In this document: one piece after another, positions 57,809-64,000 of the stretch | Position numbering within the stretch: the first letter of the stretch is position 1 | How the letters are laid out: every line of letters starts with the position of its first letter | DNA from: an uncultured Acidobacteriaceae bacterium | GTDB taxonomy: Bacteria; Acidobacteriota; Terriglobia; Terriglobales; Acidobacteriaceae | Assembly (NCBI GenBank): GCA_963759285.1 | Contig: CAVWYS010000005.1 | Span: 3,522 to 67,521, forward strand | DNA length: 64,000 nt | Reading direction: 5' to 3' | Program-made: the position numbers and the translations under genes | Notes under the pieces: model-generated | The model's input: only the letters and a program-made list of their open reading frames with translations | Told to the model about the DNA's origin: nothing | Databases searched by the model: none

Positions 57809-58049
57809 ATGCTGAACGGAGTCCAGCCCGGAGGGACGCCGCTCCCGGGATATCAACTGGTGCTTCTGATACTGTTCGGACCTCCGATAATGACATCGCT
57901 CTGGTGGGTGATGGCCGGGGGCCTTGTCGAAGACCAAAACTAAGGTGGTTCAGAATGTCACCGACCGGGTCGCGTTTCTGACCATTCTGATCCTCACCTT
58001 TGCCGTTGCGATCTCAGCGGCGGTTTATGCTCACTACACACGACGCTGA
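57809..58049 (+). pseudogene. Small two-TM membrane protein interrupted by a +1 frameshift near 57923
   Basis: MLNGVQPGGTPLPGYQLVLLILFGPPIMTSLWWVMAGG, continuing one base over as LSKTKTKVVQNVTDRVAFLTILILTFAVAISAAVYAHYTRR*; total 241 nt = 3n+1. Confidence 0.5.
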
Positions 58050-58126
58050 ATGAAGCAGGTTCCATCGCTCCAGGCTCAGTAAGCCCAATTGTGCATCGTG
58101 CGACGATCTCTCGGAGACAGCTACAC

Positions 58127-59269
58127 GTGAATGCGGAGGAAACACTGGACAAAGACACCCACCGGATGCAGCGCGCCCTCGAACTAGCCCGCCGCGGCAT
58201 CGGTGTCGCCTCGCCAAACCCCGCCGTTGGCTGCGTCATCCTCGACCGCGCCAGCCAGGTAGTCGGCGAAGGCTGGCACGAATACGAACTTCGCGACCAC
58301 GCAGAAGTTGTCGCCCTCAACGAAGCCAGACAGCATGCCGGAGACCGCCTTAAAGGCGGAACCGCCTACGTCACCCTCGAACCCTGCAATCACACCGGCC
58401 GCACCGGCCCCTGCACCCAGGCCCTCATCGCCGCCGGACTCGCCCGCGTCGTCGCCGCGACCGGCGATCCCAATCCCAACGTCACAGGCCACGGTATGGA
58501 AGCCCTGCGCGCAGCCGGCCTCCAAACTACGCTTGGCGTCTGCGAAACCGAAGCCCGCCGCATCAACGAAGGCTTCGCCCGCTGGATTCAGCACAAGCGC
58601 CCCTTCGTCCTGATGAAGGTTGCCATGACGCTCGATGGCCGCATCGCGCCGCCACCCGGTTTCCATACGGCGCGCGAACCCTACTGGATCACCAGCGAAC
58701 TCGCGCGCGCCGCCGTGCAAACCCTCAGATGGCAGGCCGACGCAGCACTCACCGGCGTCGACACCGTCCTCGCGGACGACCCCATGCTCACCGACCGCAG
58801 CGGCCTCCGCAGACGCCGCCCCCTCCTCCGCGTCGTCCTCGACTCCGCCCTCCGCATGCCGCTCGATTCGAAGATGGTGCGCGATGTTCAGAACGATGTC
58901 GTCGTCTTCACCGTCTCCAAAGACGAAACCCGCATCAACGAACTTCGCACCCGCGGCGTCCGCGTCGAGGTTCTCCAACCGGAGAAAGGCCGCGTCTCCA
59001 TCAGCGCTGTCCTCGACAAACTCGGCGAAGAAGGCATCCTTACCCTGCTCACCGAAACCGGCACCCGCCTGAACACCGCCCTCCTCGCCAGCACCACGGT
59101 CGACCGCGTCCACATCTTCGTCGCTCCCCAGATCATGGGCTCCGACGCGGTCCCGGCGTTCAAAGGCATGCCCAGCGCAATCCAGATGGCCGAAGTGGAA
59201 GTGGAGCGCTACGGCAACGACGTGGGCCTGTGCTCCCTTCTCCGCGACCCCTGGCGGACTCAGAACTGA
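58127..59269 (+). CDS. ribD: Bifunctional diaminohydroxyphosphoribosylaminopyrimidine deaminase/reductase RibD
   Basis: SPNPAVGCVI, HAEVVAL, VTLEPCNHTGRTGPC, KVAMTLDGRIA, TVLADDP.LT.R; start uncertain (58091-58166). Confidence 0.96.
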   Translation: MNAEETLDKDTHRMQRALELARRGIGVASPNPAVGCVILDRASQVVGEGWHEYELRDHAEVVALNEARQHAGDRLKGGTAYVTLEPCNHTGRTGPCTQALIAAGLARVVAATGDPNPNVTGHGMEALRAAGLQTTLGVCETEARRINEGFARWIQHKRPFVLMKVAMTLDGRIAPPPGFHTAREPYWITSELARAAVQTLRWQADAALTGVDTVLADDPMLTDRSGLRRRRPLLRVVLDSALRMPLDSKMVRDVQNDVVVFTVSKDETRINELRTRGVRVEVLQPEKGRVSISAVLDKLGEEGILTLLTETGTRLNTALLASTTVDRVHIFVAPQIMGSDAVPAFKGMPSAIQMAEVEVERYGNDVGLCSLLRDPWRTQN

Positions 59270-59462
59270 AACAAACCAACTTATCGAGCAAAGAATAATC
59301 AGCTGAATCAGATGTTTACCATTCAGTAAAAATACTGTAAAAATCCTGCTTACTCACGCGACAACCCCGCGCCAACCCGTCACGTCCAATTCCATGCGCG
59401 TTCCGGGCCGCACTACGTTGGTTCGTGCCGGTCGGTTTGGGGACAGGGGGACCCTTCGGGCC

Positions 59463-59903
59463 ATGCTGCACCATACACTCAATTTTCTTGGAATCGGCGT
59501 CTTGTCGGCCGTGCTCGCTGTCGCCGCTATCATCTGTACCGCATTGCGCATCGATAAAGATCCCGCCGTCGACGGACCTCGCGCCCTCATTTCCGAATTC
59601 ATCGGCCTCTGGCTCGCATTCACTTGCCTCGCCTGGAGTTTCATGATCGCAGGTCCAGCAAACCTTCAATGGACCTTGCGCGCATTCGCCGTCGCTGCCG
59701 CCTTGATTGCCTTCATATTCGCTGCGTACTTCGCCGGAACACCCGAAGTGCGGGTCACCCTCGACCAGGAGCCAAGCGGCTTCGACAACCCAACCACCAG
59801 CCTCAAGCTCGATTCGACACCGGTGCCACTTCCTTCCGGACCTGATTCTCAGAGCCGCAGCCGCACCTGGTCAGAGTCAGAGTTCGACAAGACGACGAAC
59901 TAG
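59463..59903 (+). CDS. Hypothetical membrane protein (3 TM, polar C-terminal tail)
   Basis: Hydrophobic segments from MLHHTLNFLGIG; overlaps the ggt stop by 4 nt. Confidence 0.55.
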   Translation: MLHHTLNFLGIGVLSAVLAVAAIICTALRIDKDPAVDGPRALISEFIGLWLAFTCLAWSFMIAGPANLQWTLRAFAVAAALIAFIFAAYFAGTPEVRVTLDQEPSGFDNPTTSLKLDSTPVPLPSGPDSQSRSRTWSESEFDKTTN

Positions 59904-61606
59904 TGTTCGACCGGGACTTTTGAAAAGTCCGGCTGCTCCGGAATGGCCGCGCCGTCAGCGCGCGGATCCGATGCGCCGAAATTCATGCCCGTACTACTGT
60001 CGTGCAGCACCGCCTGCCCACGTCCCATCTGCGACGTGTAATCCGGATGCACTTGCAGTACATGACCCATCTTCGTCAGAGCATCCAGCGACTCCGGCCC
60101 CACGCGTGATTCGATCACGATCTTGCAGGCCAGTTGCTGCCGATCGGTAAAGCGCGGCTCTTCCATCGCAGCCTGGATGTTCATGTGGTAATCCACCACG
60201 TTCGACACAAACTGCGCGTGGGCCAGCGGCTGATTCAATCCGCCCATAATGCCGAACCCAATGTGCTGGTCTCCATGCTGCATAAACGCCGGAATGATCG
60301 TGTGAAACGGCCTCTTCCGGCCCGCCAGCGCGTTCGGTGATCTAGGATCGAGCGAAAATAATCCGCCGCGATCCTGCAAAGCGAACCCCATCCCCTGCAC
60401 CGTGATCTGCGATCCGAAATTCTCGTAGTTGCTTTGAATGATCGAAAGAATGTTCCCCTCTCGATCCACCACGCTGAAGTACGTCGTATCGCTCTTCGCC
60501 AGCGCTCCCGGCGGAACCGTGCAATTCGCGCGTTCCGGATCGATCAAAGCAGCGCGCTTCGCTGCATACTCCTTCGACAAAAGCTCGCCCACCGGAATCT
60601 TGCTGAACCGCGGATCGCCGTCATATGCCTTCACATCCGCGTACGCCAGCTTCATCGCCTCGATACGATGGTGCACTTCGCCCGGACTGTGCGGACCAGC
60701 AGGATCCGCCGGAAATCGCTCCATGATGTTCAGCATCTCCAGCGCCGCAATGCCATCGCCATTCGGCGGCAACTCATAAACCGTCCAGTCCCGATACGTG
60801 GTGTGGACCGGCTCAACCCATTCCGCTGAATACGACGCAAGATCGTCAGCGGTCATCGTTCCGCCCAGTTCGTTCGAAGTCTTCAAGATTGCCTTCGCAA
60901 TCTTGCCCTTGTAAAACGCCGACTCGCCCTGTTCCGCAATCAGCCTGAACGCATGCGCCACATCGGGATTGCGAAATAGTTCTCCGGTCCCCGGCACCTT
61001 GCCGCCCGGCAGAAAGACGCGCTGGCTCTCCGCATTGGTCAGCAGACCCTTCTCATCACCCGCCCACCACGCATGGATAATCTCCCCGACCGCGAATCCG
61101 TGTTCCGCATAAAATATCGCCGGCTGAAACAGGTCGCGCCACGGCAGTCTGCCCCACCGTTCGTGCAGCTTCGTCCATCCGTCCACCACCCCCGGCACGG
61201 TCACTGAGTCGATCCCGAACTGCGGCATCGCTGTGTCGCCCTTTGCCCGCAGGTGGTCAATAGTCAGCGCCCTCGGCGCCCATCCGCTCGCATTCAGCCC
61301 GTAAAGCTTCCCTGTCTTCGCATCCCAGTAAATCGCAAACAGGTCCCCACCCATCCCGTTTGTATCCGGCTCCGTGACGTTGAGAACCGCGTTTGCTGCG
61401 ATTGCCGCGTCGATCGCCGAACCGCCCTGTTCCAGTACCCGAGCCCCTGCCTGCGAAGCCGATACCTGGCTCGTCGCAACAATGCCATATTGCGTAGCAA
61501 CCACCGATCGCCCATACGACCGGTCCTGCGCGCCTACCCTCACGGCCGACACCAATCCGGTTGAGAAAAGTGCGAGACAAAGCAACGCAGATCGAAACGC
61601 AGTCAT
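59900..61606 (-). CDS. ggt: Gamma-glutamyltransferase
   Basis: GGSAIDAAIA, NGMGGDLF, SVTVPG, LPPNGDG, SDTTYFSVVD (catalytic Thr), KRPFHTIIP, FGIMGG, GASDPRADG; start ATG 61606. Confidence 0.95.
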   Translation of the reverse strand: MTAFRSALLCLALFSTGLVSAVRVGAQDRSYGRSVVATQYGIVATSQVSASQAGARVLEQGGSAIDAAIAANAVLNVTEPDTNGMGGDLFAIYWDAKTGKLYGLNASGWAPRALTIDHLRAKGDTAMPQFGIDSVTVPGVVDGWTKLHERWGRLPWRDLFQPAIFYAEHGFAVGEIIHAWWAGDEKGLLTNAESQRVFLPGGKVPGTGELFRNPDVAHAFRLIAEQGESAFYKGKIAKAILKTSNELGGTMTADDLASYSAEWVEPVHTTYRDWTVYELPPNGDGIAALEMLNIMERFPADPAGPHSPGEVHHRIEAMKLAYADVKAYDGDPRFSKIPVGELLSKEYAAKRAALIDPERANCTVPPGALAKSDTTYFSVVDREGNILSIIQSNYENFGSQITVQGMGFALQDRGGLFSLDPRSPNALAGRKRPFHTIIPAFMQHGDQHIGFGIMGGLNQPLAHAQFVSNVVDYHMNIQAAMEEPRFTDRQQLACKIVIESRVGPESLDALTKMGHVLQVHPDYTSQMGRGQAVLHDSSTGMNFGASDPRADGAAIPEQPDFSKVPVEH

Positions 61607-61700
61607 GCACGCCCTCCTGAATTTGTGAGCGAAAAATAGGGAAATCCGCTGATCTAAAAACCTATCAGAGCCAGCCTCGTCGTCGTAGTACATTGGCGTT

Positions 61701-62498
61701 GTGCGTTTGCTCCTCACCATCTTTTCTGCCTTCGTGATCGCCCAAGTCTCCTCCGCGCAAAGGCACGTTTCCTTCGCCACCGAAGACGGCGGCATGGTAG
61801 CCGCCAACCTCTACGGCCACTCAGAACGCGCGGTGCTCCTCGTCCACGGAGGCCCCTTCACCAAGGAAAGCTGGGCTCTGCAGGCGCCAATTCTCGTTGC
61901 GGCCGGCTATCAAGTCCTCGCCATCGATCTTCGCGGACACGGCCAGTCGCACGGCCCCGGCGAAGCCGATCCATCTGATGCCCAACTCGCACTCGATGTC
62001 CTTGCAGCGGTCCGCTACCTCCACAGCCATGGTGCAAAGACCGTGTCCATCGTCGGCGGAAGCATGGGCGGAGGGGCAGCCGGCGACGCCTCCATCACCG
62101 CGCGCCCCGGTGAGATCGATCGCATCGTGATGCTTGGAGCAGCGCCGAACCTGCCGGCTGACAAGCTCAAATCCGCCGCCCTCTTCATCGTTGCCCATGA
62201 CGACACCAGCGGCGACGGCCCGCGCCTTCCGGGAATCCGGGCGCAATACGAAAAAGCTCCGCCGCCTAAAAAGCTGATCATCCTCGAAGGCTCCGCCCAC
62301 GCACAGTATTTGTTCCAGACCGACCAGGCCGACCGCGTGATGCGCGAAATCCTGCAGTGGCTCTCATGGAAGATAAGACCATTCCCGCGTTCACTATCGT
62401 CCCGCCTCACCACAGCGGAGCCACGGGCTGTTCTTGAAACATGGCTTCGGTCATTGCTGTTTGAAAGATGCAACAGGCTCAGGTACGACTTGGCCTGA
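61701..62498 (+). CDS. Exported alpha/beta hydrolase; C-terminus may be extended by a frameshift
   Basis: VLLVHGG, LAIDLRGHGQS, VGGSMGG, LEGSAHAQYLF; out-of-frame TAA at 62374-62376 just after the last helix. Confidence 0.75.
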   Translation: MRLLLTIFSAFVIAQVSSAQRHVSFATEDGGMVAANLYGHSERAVLLVHGGPFTKESWALQAPILVAAGYQVLAIDLRGHGQSHGPGEADPSDAQLALDVLAAVRYLHSHGAKTVSIVGGSMGGGAAGDASITARPGEIDRIVMLGAAPNLPADKLKSAALFIVAHDDTSGDGPRLPGIRAQYEKAPPPKKLIILEGSAHAQYLFQTDQADRVMREILQWLSWKIRPFPRSLSSRLTTAEPRAVLETWLRSLLFERCNRLRYDLA

Positions 62499-63439
62499 GG
62501 GTCGTAGGTGACCGTAATGCTGCCGCCACGGCCTGCCGATCCGTCCATGCCATTTTGGCCGTCGCTGCCGTCCCTTCGATTCGAACCGCTGGGTGATCCC
62601 GATCCGCCGATACCACCGTGGCCGCGACGGCCTCCTCTACCTCCCGAGCCACCTGGACCGCGATCCGCATTCACGCTCAGCGAGCTGCGATTAGGATCGA
62701 CGAGATAGTAGCGCTTGTGGCCGGCAGCGAAGACGCTAAATTGCACGAGAGCATGCGGCTCGGCTTCGACTGCCATCTGGATTTGTACCGCAGGCGCATC
62801 GCCTCTCGGACTTCTATCCTGTCTGTTCGTGCCGTCGGTCCCGTTAACACCATCGCTGCCGGGTGAAGGATTATCCGGGTCCATGGAGCCAACGCTGCCG
62901 GGTGAGCCGTGACTGTCCATGCTGCGTTCATGGCTGGCGCCGGTACTTCCTGAGAAGTTCGTCTTGAATGCGTAGTCGTAGCGCAAGGGAATATCCAGAT
63001 CGGCATGAAGATCGGGATGGCTCGGAACTGTGATGCTGACATCTGGCAACTTGCCCGCCGTCGCGCGCGGATCGTGGCGAAGCGAGATAACGCCTTTCTT
63101 GTTTACTGTCACGACGCTTGAGGTAACGGCAAGATCGCGCCACATGATTTTCCTGTGTCCTGCGCCTTCAGTCGTCAGGATCTTGCCATCTGGCTGCGTG
63201 AACGTTGCGATGAGCGAAGATTTCTGGCTCGGCCCAATACCGGGAGCCTTTTCCAGGCGAATCTCAGAGGCGCTTACTGGAACTTTGCTGAGGTTCACTT
63301 TCATTCCAAGTTTCACCTGGACGGCGGCGCATCTGCTGATGAGCAGGGTTGCGGCACACGCGAGCACGAGGCTGAGTTTTGTTAGGGAGGAGAACTGTAT
63401 GGAGGTGCGGAGGAGAGATCTTGCAACGTTCGGGCCCAT
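62407..63439 (-). pseudogene. Gly-rich (collagen-like GxxG repeat) exported/lipoprotein-like gene, apparently damaged
   Basis: GxxG repeat tracts (GSDGVNGTDG, GSDGQNGMDGSAGRGG) interrupted by R/S at Gly positions; a plausible terminus FQEQPVAPLW* lies in another frame ending at 62407. Confidence 0.5.
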
Positions 63440-63578
63440 GACGAACCATCACCTTTCAGGCTGTCTACGACTCAACTGGATGAAACCTGCCTGTCCGTAA
63501 TGACGCGAAAAGCGGTACACAAGTCGCGGTCTCGCTTCGTTTTTCTCGCGATGGTCTTGAGCCGCTTAAAATGAATCC

Positions 63579-64000
63579 ATGTTCACCGGCATCATCGAGC
63601 AGACCGGAACCCTCATCAGCCTCACCGACCGCGGCGGCGTCCGCTGCATTACCGTCGAAGCCCCCGGCATCGCCGAACCGTCTCCGCGAAGGTGATTCCC
63701 TCGGCGATCTCCGGAGTCTGCCTGACCGCGCTCGATGTCGACCCGACTTATTTCCACGCCGACCTCGCCCAGGAAACGTTCGATCGCACCTCTCTCGGCG
63801 CGCTCAAAGCCGGCGCAAAGGTGAATCTCGAACTGCCCACCGCCGCCGGGAGTCCTCTCGGCGGCCACATCGTCCAGGGCCACGTAGACGGCACCGGCAT
63901 CATGACCGCGTTCGATCCCGTGATCCCGGAGTCGAGTCCCGATTTCAATCGCGAGACAACTGACTGGACCCTCAAAGTCCGCATTCCCGAAAATCTCCGC
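63579..64000 (+). pseudogene. ribE: Riboflavin synthase (alpha subunit) with two +1 frameshifts; runs off the window end
   Basis: MFTGIIE from ATG 63579; RLREGDS in the +1 frame; AISGVCLT..QETFDRTSLG..VNLE..LGGHIVQGHVDG in the +2 frame. Confidence 0.85.

Noticed and set aside
58050-63578. FMN riboswitch upstream of ribD or ribE
   Set aside because: No AGGGCGGGG...CCCGACCG-type RFN core seen in either leader
63660-63720. Programmed ribosomal frameshifting in ribE
   Set aside because: It would need two successive +1 shifts, there is no slippery heptamer or stimulatory structure, and other indels cluster nearby

Overview
GC-rich (roughly 60%, by eye) bacterial chromosomal segment. Gene style and repeat types suggest Acidobacteria/Acidobacteriaceae (inference). 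It is mostly housekeeping and accessory metabolism: gpmI, eno, ampH, hbd, GH36 alpha-galactosidase, topA-dprA, mqnA, fabH, a TonB-dependent receptor, rimO-yacG-pgpA-(propeller)-cinA, a catalase-like peroxidase, a WYL regulator with a divergent DJ-1/PfpI gene, plsY-gpsA, a BNR-propeller/MoaD pair, a CGTase-like GH13 enzyme, ftsY, ribD, ggt and ribE. The window opens inside a tyrosine-recombinase gene that the ORF track misses. I recognised no rRNA, tRNA, CRISPR array or riboswitch. The most striking signal is a dense set of short palindromic (REP-like) elements of at least three families. They occur as intergenic copies, nested inside each other, and with tandem stutters of their left end. Two copies sit in frame inside the housekeeping genes rimO and topA, where they are translated as extra peptide segments, reminiscent of Rickettsia palindromic elements. 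Other leads: a PHO-like 11-bp direct-repeat box ahead of the TonB receptor, a perfect TGACA-N5-TGTCA operator between the WYL and DJ-1 genes, a triple AAGTC-N12-GACTT-like site array followed by GGGG-WAT-CCCC repeats, and a cluster of frameshifts and apparent Gly-codon damage in the last ~6 kb (decay or assembly error). All family assignments come from motif recognition by eye; no searches were run.
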